From positions 91,355-155,354 of the IMG/VR virus record IMGVR_UViG_3300035498_000356: 64,000 nt of DNA. One strand, 5' to 3'. The notes beneath the pieces are model-generated. The model did not search any database. It worked only from the letters and a program-made list of their open reading frames with translations, and had not been told where the DNA came from. This document shows positions 36,252 to 47,650 of the stretch, piece after piece. Every line of letters begins with the position of its first letter. Position 1 is the first letter of the stretch. The DNA comes from a virus (Duplodnaviria; Caudoviricetes). Both the position numbers and the translations under genes were made by a program.

Positions 36252-38127
36252 ATTGAGAAGGATTATTATATGTTAGTTGTGCTTTTATATCATTATCGTA
36301 TTGTGATTGTAATCTTTCGTACTAATTCATCTAATCAGTAGTAATTGTCTATCCTGTTCCTGCTAATGCATTTGCATAATTATTTTGAACTGGAATCCAA
36401 ATAGTTCCTTTATATACATCATCATATGCTCCAAACCAATCATTTGGATTAAACCAAGTATAATGGTCAAGATCCAAACCTTTAGCAATAGCTTTAGTTT
36501 TTTCTTGACTTTCCCAGTATGATTTGAACTACTTTTCATAAGCATCAAATTCTTGGTCAGAAACAGATTCAAGTAACGGAGTGCTATCAAATCTTTCAAC
36601 TCCTAATGCTTTATTACTTGTTCTACCATCTAATACAATGAATTGTTTTAAATTCTATGAATTAGGGATATTGTGTTTAGCTAATATTGCTTGTCCTTCT
36701 TGTGACGCTGGATCAACTCCTGCTTGTTGCATTTCATCATTAGCAGCATTAATATCATCCATGCTGACATCTTCTAAATCAGGTGTAAATCCATCACTCT
36801 TAACAGGCCACCATACTGCATGCATTTTAGTATTAAGCAATTCTACCTAATCCATATTTTGAATCTGATATCCACCCATAGTAGCATGCTTTATATCAAT
36901 TATACCTGCAATACCACTATTTTGTAATTCAGATAAATATTTACCATCAAATGATGCTTTATTATCAGTTCCGGGAATTACATTGGTAATAGATGTTACA
37001 TGACCACCAATATTGCCACCAGGCACAATATCCATATCCTCTTTAAATCCTTGTCCATTCAATAATAATGAAGCAACGTTTTGTGGATATTTATCTTCAT
37101 CTCCTTTTTTAGAGCTACCCTCTTTTACAGGAGTTCCATCCGGATTAAATTTGTGATCGTAGTCTTCTGTATATGTAAGAGAATCATTCATTATAGCCAT
37201 TACCTTACAACTAATTAGATTCTTAGCAGCTTTTAACGGATCTTTAGAATCACCACCTTTTAACATTAATAACGCTTGAGCATTAGGTGATAATGACTGA
37301 TATATTGCGCTGATTGCAGCTTCCATTTGTTTCTAAGAATTAACATTCTTGGATTTAACTTTATAAATACCATCAACTGCTGCTTTACTACCAGTATCAG
37401 CTAATTTCTATAATTCCTAAATACCAGACATTACTTTAGAATCCTACTTAGCAACTAATCCTTCTATTTCTTGAGTAGATGAACCTAATGAACGTAAGTT
37501 CTAGTTAATCTAACTAACAACTTCTTTCATTCCAATAGCATTACTTACAGACCATAAAATTTCATTGTTATTAACAAATTGAGAATCATGTGCTCTAAGC
37601 CACAATAAGTTATTTGCTGTTAAAGGACCTCTTTTATATTTAGATTTATTCTTTAAATATTCTTGATAAGATATATATTGTAATTTATTGTCATTATCAT
37701 ATATGTAAATTCCACCATCAGAACCAATTGCAATTTCATTTAGACCTTCATTTTTAATAGCCAATTGATATGCTTTATCGTATTCTTTCTTATTAAAATT
37801 AGCTATTTTTATTGCAGTCTAAATCGAATAATATTGTGATGATGTACCTCCAAAATCGAGAGAAGCGCCAAACGAAGTCAATGAATTACTAAGCTATGCA
37901 ATTTGTGTACCTATTTGACTCATTTCATTTGGCAATGCATCTACCTTATCTAAGGTTGATCTTAAATTTTTGCTTATATCATCTTCACTACTAGAAGATT
38001 TTGTAGCTGTAGTTGTAGTTTGCTATGTTGCAGTTTGCTATGTTGCTGGCTACTATGAAGCAAATGGTGTATAAGAAGCGAAAGTGGCAGTTGATGTGCC
38101 ACTTTGCGCTTTACGTATTAATCTCAT
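36244..38127 (-). CDS. virion/cargo protein (627 aa, TAG=Gln)
   Basis: Starts MRLIRKAQSG at a TAATG overlap; fragments 36655, 36847 and 37510 share the frame; TAA at 36244. Confidence 0.75.
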
Positions 38128-41100
38128 TATATTAAGTTAAAATTAAAATATTTCTATGGATGATATTCTGGGAAATATTTATTGATTGGATCAGAAACAT
38201 ATTCAGCTGTTTTTATTTCAGATTCCATTTCTCTCATCACTTGTCTATACTTCTAATAAGCTGCTGTATGTTCTGCTGTTATATTCTTACTAGACATCTC
38301 TTCTTTCATCTAATCAACAAGTTCTTCTAATTGACTCTTATACTTATTCTGAATTTCAATAGTTTTAGCATTAATTAAATACTATCTGTAAGCTTGATTC
38401 TTAACATAATTATCTTGCTATAATTCAGTTAAGTAAGATTGCAATGCATTATTCTAGCTAATCTTATAATCATTATACAAATTAGATTTGTATTTATTAT
38501 TATCATTAATATTTTGCATTGCTTGATTAAATGATCGAGTCCATCTATCTTTATTATCTTCAGCTCTTTCTAGATTATCTTTAAAGGTAGTTCTTATTCT
38601 ATCGTCATTAATTTCATATCCCTTATTAACATTATCAATTGCCTTGTTAGCTGCTTCTAAAATCATAGCTTGATTTTCAGTCATTTGTCTTGAACCACCC
38701 TTATTTATCTATCTAAACATATCAGCATTTCCACGCTATGTTGTTACTTGTCTAAAATAATCACCAGTAACAGGACTCCATAAATTATATGTTTCTGGAA
38801 TAAGCGGAACAGCTGAAGCTAATTTATTTTTCCAAATTTTATAATTTACGTCATGTGTTTTAGCAAATCTACCTAAACTAAATCCTTTATGAGCTAAATC
38901 GCCTAATATTGCAGCCTAATCAGTTTTGCTATTATCAGGTTGATCTGGTTCTACTCCAATCAATTTTCCATCAGGCCCATATTTACCAGTTATTTCAATA
39001 TCAGTCCAACTTGTTAATGGATCATTGGCATCAGATACCTATTCTGGATCTCCTAATCTATAATCTCCAGGATTGTTAATAAAAACATAACGCTTTTTAC
39101 CATCGGCAGTTGTTTGATAATATCTAATACCTTTTCTTAAAAAGCCATTATGTCTAACACCAATTATATTATCATGTCTACCATGATTTAGAACATAATC
39201 TCTAAGACTAGTTATATTTCCAGCTTTTCTATCATTACCATTAACATCTTTCCAGTCATGGTCAATATTCCAAGAACCTCTTATTTTACCATCAGCTCCA
39301 TAAAATCTTGAAGATTCATCAGCAGTACCTTCATCTACTTTTTTCGCCCATGATTCACCAATTGAACCTGGTTTAAATGAGTTATTAGTATCATCAATGC
39401 TATCAAGAATCTAATCAGTAAATGATTTATATACTTCATTTCCCTCTAGATCTTGTGCTGATTGCAAACTGTGACTTTCATCAGGATTATATACTAAATC
39501 TCCAGATTGTCTATCAGTTGATGTATATGGTTTATCAAATGTTATTTTACCATCACTATATCTATAAGATACTAGATTATCAGTATCCCAATCAGTATCT
39601 GTATCAGCATTATAATTATACGCAGTTAATCCAGGAACATAATATTTAGCTGAACCTCCTGGTTGATAAAAAGGGACTAATGTACCACCTCTCTTTCTAT
39701 AAATGATTTGCTATGCCAATCTCAAAGTACCTCCGTTTTTGTTTTTAGATGGAGGTGGTAGAAATCCCGCAATCTTTACAGGTGGTGGCAAAAATCCAGC
39801 AATTTTTATAGGTGGTTCTGAATTTACAGGAATTGATGGTTTTATTTTAGGTTTAACAAACCATCTTGAAACTCTAGGAATACTCCACTCAAAGCTATTA
39901 TGATTTAAATCATCTAATATCATTTGTCTATCAGTCCTTATACCTCCTGGAAGTTTATCACTTTCTCCTAACCAAAAAGCTCCTAAACTAGTTAAGTCTT
40001 CACTATCAAGTTTATAATTTGTTTTTTCTGTACTTATAGTATTGAAATCAAATAGTTTTTTAGCTTCTCCGTTGTTCTCTTCTGCTTTTTTAGTATGTTT
40101 CTTAATAAGATTCTTAGCTTTCTATGTTAGTCCTTTTTTATCCTTTAATTCCTAAAGTTCAACGTTGCCTTTACCATATTTAGTCATAATCTTTTGAGCA
40201 TCCTCTAATGTTTCAGCATCTGCTAATTCAAGAGCATTCTATTTAGATATTTCAACCTTATTTCCATGTTTATCAGTTACATGATAGACGCTTTCAGTAG
40301 TTGCATTTTTCTTAACAACAGCTTGTTTTCCAGAATAATTTGCAGAACGAACTAATCCAGTAGAAGCTCCTACTGCCCAAACTAAATGACGTAAATCGTC
40401 AGCTGTAATTTTATTTTTCTTCGACCATGAATCCCAGTCTGTAATCGCATCTATATTTAAGAATTTGCTTACTGAATTCTGTACATCTTTATCAAGTACA
40501 ATTCCAGCAGAAGCACCAAGAGAAAGTATTTTAGGTAATAGTTTTATAGTTGAATTAACGGCTTTAACTAATTTACCTGTTCCTCCTATTCCGGGAATAA
40601 AACCTAATGCAGACATTCCTAATCCTAAACCTAAATTTTTCCACATTTCGGATTTAGAAACCCCTTTATCAGCCATATCGGCACCGAATTCTTCAAGAGT
40701 TCCAAGTAATTGCAATCCTCCACCTATTGGTGCTCCAGCTCCTGTAAAACTAGCTACAGCTCCTGCTAAATCAGTAAAAATTGCAGCTATTCTAGTTTTA
40801 TCAACACCAGTTAATCCATCACTTAATTGTCTTTGAGAAGCTTTATACTAATCTACTGTTTTTCCTTGTCTATCAGCTTCTTGTTCTAATTTTTTCTATT
40901 CTTTTTCTTGCTTAGCTTTTAATTCCTGAGCTTTTTTTATTTGATACTATCTTTTAGCATCTTCATAAGATACTTCAGGAACATATGTACCAAATTGTGC
41001 TTTTAATATACCACCATTTTTATTTGATTGAACCTATTCAGATTGCTAATTATTCTATAACGTAGTATCTGGATAAAACTAATTAAAAGCAAATACCATA

Positions 41101-42662
41101 TAATTCTATCCAAGAGTAATAGTAGGAACTTTTGTTAATTTACGATTAGCATGGTCATATACAAAACTATATCCATCTTTTGTAGAAGAGATTACCATTT
41201 TACCATTTACTATATTACCATCAGCAACACCTGTTTGGTTTATATTAGGATTATTTCTTAAATGATAAAATGCTTCACATATAGCCGCAGTTTTTGCATT
41301 CATTGCCCAATTTCCATTGTATAATAATGAGCGTTCTCCTGTTTTTTTATTAAGTATACTAGCAGTTCCATTAAATGTACCAGGAACAATAAATTTTCCC
41401 GTTTCTGATATTCTTCTTTGTAAGTTACCTAACCATTGAGCTAACCCAACTCTTGCAGGACTATCTGCGCCTAAAGCATCATATAATTTTAAATATTTAT
41501 GTCCTTTATCAAGGAAAGAATAATCTAAAGCATATGTATTTAATGAATTTTTATCAATACTATTCCAATTAATATATGCTTGACCTCTGTCTATTTGATT
41601 TTGCTTAGCTATATTTTGTAAACCTATATTTATTTCTGCAAGTTGCGCATCCAATGGATCTGTATTACCAGCTTCTGATTGCTATGCTTCTACTTCTTCA
41701 GGTTCAATCCATTCCTTTCCTGTTCCATAATATTTATCAGGGTCAATGCCTAAACTATTAAGAAACATTTTATCTTGAGGAGTTATATTCCCACTTGTTA
41801 CAATAGATAAACCTTTGTCAATAAGGTCTAATGTTTTCTATTTCTATTCATCATCATCGTCAGCATATAAATCACCATTTACTATTCTCTCTCTTAATAA
41901 TTTCAATGCGTCTACTGACTATTTAAGACGATTTGTTATTCCTCTTTTGCCTTCTTTTTCATTCCATGAATCTTCATCTTGCTACCAAAATGATTTATCA
42001 AATTCTTCTCTACCACCAAATAAAGTTTTATTAAACTATTTAGTAAAATCATCAGCAGAGAATTTGCTCTTAGGCTTATCTTTATCAGGGTCTTCCCAGA
42101 TTGGTTGTTTAGAAAATACCTATCCTACATAATGTTGTACTAAACCATAAGGATCAAATCCTCCTGTTGTATTTCTAATTGTAGGTCCATTGGTATTAAA
42201 AATAGATGAAAATCCACCTAATTCAGGAACTACACTTCCGTTATATATACCATTAACGACATTAGAATAAGCCTCTCTTATCTATTGTTTTTTATCGTCA
42301 TTGTATTGAGAAGGCAAAGTATCTAACCAACTATCAAAATTATATTCTAGATTTCTTATAAATCTATCTTTATCTATTTTATCATTACCCCTATCCATCA
42401 AAGAAACAGAACTCTTTTTCTTTTTAGTAGTAGGTTGAGTCACTGGAGTAGTTACTGAAGTTTCTGTTTGATTCTAATTAGTACTTATTCCTGTTGTAGC
42501 CTAATCAGAATTAGTTTCTGTTGTAGTCTAATCAGTATCGTATGAAGCAAGAATATCTTTTAGCCTATCTCTTGCTTCTGGACTTTTTAACATCTCTTCA
42601 GTTATCTATTGTCCAGGTTCATAATTTGCCCATACACTATTTGTTGTTGTAGTCTCAGCCAT
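38127..42662 (-). CDS. large virion/cargo protein with Gly/Ala-rich membrane-inserting segments (about 1511 aa, TAG=Gln)
   Basis: Fragments 38454, 39711, 40239 and 41106 share the frame; hydrophobic helices at about 40350-40800; TAA overlaps the next ATG. Confidence 0.78.
39749..39815 (-). repeat. 30-bp degenerate tandem duplication encoding (PPxKIAGFLP)x2
   Basis: PPIKIAGFLPPPVKIAGFLPPPS in the translation. Confidence 0.7.
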
Positions 42663-42669
42663 ATTATAT

Positions 42670-42703
42670 AAATAAAGGGAGTCTAATATACGTTAGACTC
42701 CCT
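42670..42703 (-). terminator. hairpin / probable intrinsic terminator just upstream of the giant-protein block
   Basis: Minus strand AGGGAGTCTAA-CGTATA-TTAGACTCCCT followed by TTATTT; perfect 11-bp stem. Confidence 0.65.
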
Positions 42704-42712
42704 GTTTGATTA

Positions 42713-43036
42713 TCACTTTCTAATTCTATATGCGAGCTTACCGCCCTTTCTAAACACAGGTTCGCCTTGAGGTTCCTAAGCTTGTCCGCCACCTTGCGCC
42801 TATTGGATCATCTGTATAAATGCCTAACAAACTTGCATTGCCATTTGGCAATCTTGACTCTAAAGAGCTTGTGCTGCCATTTGTGCGAGTTGCATCAAGG
42901 GATCTTGCTATTGTTCAGGCTATCCACCTTCTTCTGGTGCGCCTTCTTCAGGAGTTTGCTGATCCATCTCCTAATCTTCAGGCATAGGACCACCTTCCTA
43001 AAAGCGATAAATGTTTTTTCTTCGTGTAATTTTCAT
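42713..43036 (-). CDS. small Gln-rich protein (107 aa, about 8 TAG codons)
   Basis: MKITRRKNIYRF*EGGPMPED*EMDQQ...QDPLMQLAQMAAQAL*SQDCQMAMQVC*AFIQMIQ*AQGGGQA*EPQGEPVFRKGGKLAYRIRK. Confidence 0.8.
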
Positions 43037-43071
43037 AAATAAATTTTATTAATTAATAAACTTTCAATATG

Positions 43072-43102
43072 TAAATATAGATATTTTTACTTAAATATCA
43101 AA
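43072..43102 (-). promoter_or_regulatory. possible Bacteroidota-like promoter
   Basis: Minus strand TTTG, 19 nt spacer, TATATTTA (one mismatch to TAnnTTTG) in one of the few intergenic gaps of the late arm. Confidence 0.35.
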
Positions 43103-43104
43103 AC

Positions 43105-44636
43105 TTATCTACCAAATTTTCTTATAGTAATTTTACCTCCATTTTTCCACATTGTTGGGTCTGGATGAGCTTGATTCCAATCTTCTTGTCTTATATATGA
43201 TACCTATGGCACTACCATTCTTCTAGGACCGGGCATAACTGGAACGTATTCATAATGAGGTGCTCCAATCTAATATGAATTGTCTCTACTAGTTAATTCA
43301 TATCCGTTATTTGTCCTAGGAACAGTTAATGTAAATTCATATCCTCCAGTTCCAGGTTCTTCATAAGATGTAGAATATAACTATCCAGTATTAGGAACAA
43401 ATATAGATTGATTACCAGTTGGAGCCTATGCTGCCATGTAATATGGATTTTCAAATCCCTCTGCTGTATTAACTTCATATGATGGAGTAATTTCTACTTG
43501 ATTTGCCCATCCTGTTACTCCATTTGATTTAAAGTGGCCATTAGGATATTGCTCAGCACCTATTCTATTTAACCCAGGTTGATTTGTTAAATTGGCAGAT
43601 TCATATGCTCTAATCCTTAAATCACCAGGAGGTAGTGCGTCAAATCTACCATTATACCCAATCTACATTCTTGGATTCATGGAGCCAAATGAATTTTTAG
43701 CAGCTGTTTTCATATTTTTAGCAACACTCTCAGCCATTGCTTTAACTTTTGGAGTCGTAGTTCCTTTAGCTCCTCCTGCAATTATATCAAGAACAACATT
43801 AGCTGCCATAGCTAGTTTAGGATTCTTCTCTGCCCATTCCTTCATCTTTTCGGTAGTTTCAAATATACCAGACTATCTACCTAAAAGAAAATCAGAAAAT
43901 GCAGTTTGCCAATCCTTATCACCATTAAGAGTTCTAATTAATCCTAACATATGAGCATACATTGCAGTAGGACTAAGTAATTGTATTGCTCCTAATGTGT
44001 ACATATTTAATTGCTAATCAGTTCCAAAATTAGTTCCAACGTATTCATCAGCATCAGCAACTTTTCTAGCCTAATTAATATTCTAATCAGTTGCAATAAC
44101 TTCTCTATTTCCAACTCTAACAGTTCCTGGGCCATATGAACTAGGTTCTTTAAACCCAGCTTTTCTCATTTCATTAGGATGTTTTTGCCATGCATCCAAA
44201 TAAGCTTGACTTGTAATTGGACCCATATATCCATCAAGATTACCATTATTTTTAATACTAGCATATTCTTGATTTCCATATTCATCTCTAAACGTAAGTA
44301 AAAATCGCTGTAATTTTCTTACATCTTCTCTTGAATTAAAACCATAAGTAGATGCATCTCTATTATAACTATTTCTGCGCTAGGCTCTAAGTTGATTTCT
44401 TTCTTTCGAATTTGCCTATTTTGAAGTTTTTACTTGTTTAGTTGTAGTATAATTTTGTCCTGTAACTCGGGGTCATTTTCAGATACACGAACAAATGAAC
44501 CATCTCCATCTTCAATTATCCAAGTACCATCACCCTAATCACCTAAACGTACAGTACCTTCAGGCATTACATCTGTAACCTAGTTATTTCTACTACGATT
44601 TATATATGTTGTTTGATTTTGCTATTTAGTAGACAT
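43105..44636 (-). CDS. peptidoglycan-binding-domain protein, interrupted by a 1-nt frameshift near 44470 (TAG=Gln)
   Basis: ORF 44636-44430 (68 aa) overlaps a -1 frame open from 44472 to 43105 that has no start codon before its PG_binding_1-like motif EDVRKLQRFL...GNLDGYMGPITSQAY. Confidence 0.6.
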
Positions 44637-44643
44637 TCTTTTT

Positions 44644-45198
44644 TTATTGTTTTACATATTCAGGTTCCCTGTTATCCTAACCTTTAATAACTTTAAATAT
44701 ATATTTACCTAAAGCTTTATAATCTTTATTATCTTTAGACTAATCTGCTTTTTTAGCCTTTCTTATAATAACTTTAGTTTCTTTTCTAGAAATAATTCTT
44801 TCACCTCCCCATAATTCATATTGAGAAGTTCCATCAGAAGCAAGAACTTTCATTACAGGCTAATCTGCAAATTCCATTTTATCTCCTACTTTTATTCCAG
44901 AGTTATAATTAACTTCTAGTACATAAGAAACATCATTTGCAATTAATTGCTATTCTGAATAAGGAATTCCTTCTTGAACAGATATTACCTCCTATTCTTC
45001 ATTTAAAAATATAATATCTAAATGAAGTTTTGTATCTTTCATCCAAAAACTACATTTCTATTCAGGAGGATCGAAATAGAATAACATCCCTTCATCTTGC
45101 GGAAGAGAATCAATATTCTACAATCCTTTTCTTCTAGAATCTTCAGTTAATGCTTCTTTTACTTTATATCTTTTCCCTGCAATTATTATCGTTGTCAT
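44644..45198 (-). CDS. DUF192 family protein with C-terminal extension (184 aa, TAG=Gln)
   Basis: RRKGL*NIDSLPQDEGMLFYF, SFWMKDT, LDIIFL, YVLEVN, GIKVGD. Confidence 0.85.
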
Positions 45199-45228
45199 AT
45201 TTTAGTTATAAACGGTGCTTAATTATAA

Positions 45229-45789
45229 TTAATATCTGGGGGTATTTTTCCAATGGCCCTATTTTGCTACTTCTCTCATAATTGCTTGTGCATATTCTTT
45301 TCTGCTTTTATACAATTTTCTAGGAGGTCCTGCCACAACAGTCCTAACTTGAGTTTTTACCACTGGCTTATTATTTGTAGATTGAGTTGTTTCAGTCCTA
45401 ACTTGAGTAGGTTTTTGTTTAGCATTTCGTTTAACTATTCGTTTACGTTTAGTTTGAGTAGCAGGCTATACTGAATTATTTGCTACTTCTGGTTGCTGAG
45501 TAGAATTAATTCCCAACTATGATAAATTATCTGTTAATAAATCTGGGTAATTTGTTGTAGTATCAAAAGCAACATAATCATTTGGGCCATATTGATAATT
45601 TGGACTATTTTGATAAGAAGTAGTTAAATCATTATATTCCTGAGCAATATCTCTATCTACTTTTGGAACAGGACTTACTAAACTTCCGAAATCAAAATTT
45701 GAATAATCCCCCCCCTAATTTACTGTAAATTTTAATTGATTATTTCCTAAATCATTTACAGTGTAATATTTTGAATTATAATTAGACAT
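45229..45789 (-). CDS. hypothetical low-complexity protein (186 aa, TAG=Gln)
   Basis: Open frame from MSNYNSKYY to TAA 45229; basic Thr/Gln-rich C-terminal half with TQVRT repeated. Confidence 0.6.
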
Positions 45790-47650
45790 TTTTAATTAAA
45801 TTAGTGTTATCAGCAGTATTATATAAAGTTTCATTAACTAATAATTTACCTGCTTCTATTGCAATTCTATCTTTATCTTCTTCTGATTCCGAATTATCGT
45901 ATTCTTTTAATAATTCTTCAATCATTTTAGTAACTTCTCTTCTGTAAATAATTTCAGAATGTTCTATTTCTGCCTATTGTTGAATATTGCCATCTGACAT
46001 TTCACTAATTACAGGTATACCTTTCTTAGTAATTCCATCAATATCTATGTTATGTTTTCTAGCATGCAAAGCACCTTCAGGAATTAAATTAAACGTACCT
46101 CCATTAGCAAATTTAATCGCGGTATTATCAAATCCAGGATAGAACTATTTATAATTTTCTGTAAACCATTTTGCATCATTCTCATTATCAAATGTAATAT
46201 AATTTCCATCTTTAATTGCTTGATTATATGCATCATGCCAAACATGTTTATATTCTGGATTTGTAAAATCATACAATTTACCATCTAATTCCTATATTTC
46301 GGGATATACATAATAAATTGGTTTTCCATCTGCTAAACCAGAACTATAACTCATTTTAAAATTAGCAACATCATTTTCATGTTCCCAATCTCTTATTAAC
46401 TTACGATTTGGATCTTTAAGACGTGTTACAAAATGTGCAGAAGAATTATTTACTTTATTTATAATATCTTGATATTCTTTAGGCTAATATGCAGGAGCTT
46501 CTTTATATTCAAAGTTATTAAATTCATCATAAAATGGAATTTCTTGATATTCCCAAGTCGGAATATTTAATTCTAAATTATTTGGTTCTAATTTAGCACC
46601 TTTCTAAGCTACTCTAATATCAGCTACTCCTGTTCCTAATAAATCCCATTCGCGGATTAAATTATTAAGAGGAGCCGTTTCTGTACCTAATTCAAATCTA
46701 TTTGTTGCATCTTGATATATTCCACTCAATATATTATATTTATTAATATTATTATTGAGTCGTTTCTATATCTTTCTTCTGTCAAATCCACTAACAGTTT
46801 TTCCAGCCATTTCTTCATTATAGGCTAAATCTTTAAATGAAGCATTATAAGAACCTCCGATAGCTGCTTGCATATTTTTATCAATATTAAAATCTTGTAT
46901 TTTTCTATGATCATATGCATTTACTCCTAATACTCCTAATGGAGAACTTCCAAAGACTTGAGTAGCAGCACTCTATCCTTGATATTCATCAACCTTATTA
47001 TAAGTATTATTTGCTATCTTTCCAGTTCCATTTACAATTTTAGCTATTCCTCCAAATAAACCAGGAGCACTTTCAAGCTAAGTACCTATCGAATTAATAC
47101 CACGTGTAACAGTGGAATTCTATGTTCCACTGCCACCCATAGTATTATCCATTAAATCACCAACAGTATTTACAACATTACCAGCCATATTTATGCCATT
47201 ATTAATTTGTGTGTAATCTTTCGGTGGTTTATAATCAGGATATTCAGTATCTAATTGTGATTTTATAATATCTTTTTCATTATTAGTTAATTCAGAATTT
47301 AAAGTATTATTTAATAAATAATTTTTTGTATCATCATTTTGATTATCTACAAATTTTTCAAATTTATCAGCATATGTTTCATCTTCAATTGGCTCGTATT
47401 GCTTAGTTAATAAATTATACCTTTTGCGAGTATATTTTTGCGTATCAACTATAGATTTTGCTTTATCAAGAGTTCTTTTAAATTTATTCTAATTTAAACC
47501 ATGTTTCCAATTTTGATATAAATCAAATGCTGATAACTAATTCTATGTAGTTTCTGCATTTTGAGCGGTAGAATTATTTAATTCTTTGGTTTGCTATTCT
47601 GAAAATCCTAAATCTAATTTAAAATCATCATTTGAATTATCGTTTGCCAT
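45782..47650 (-). CDS. crAss-like late/cargo protein (622 aa, TAG=Gln)
   Basis: TAATG overlap at the start; C-terminal domain NLIPEGALHARKH...ITKKGIPV...QQ*AEIEHSEII. Confidence 0.72.

Noticed and set aside
16095-46284. Off-frame minus-strand ORFs 16095-16292, 30092-30292, 36363-36599 and 46084-46284
   Set aside because: Each lies wholly inside a longer TAG-readthrough gene in another frame and has no independent support.
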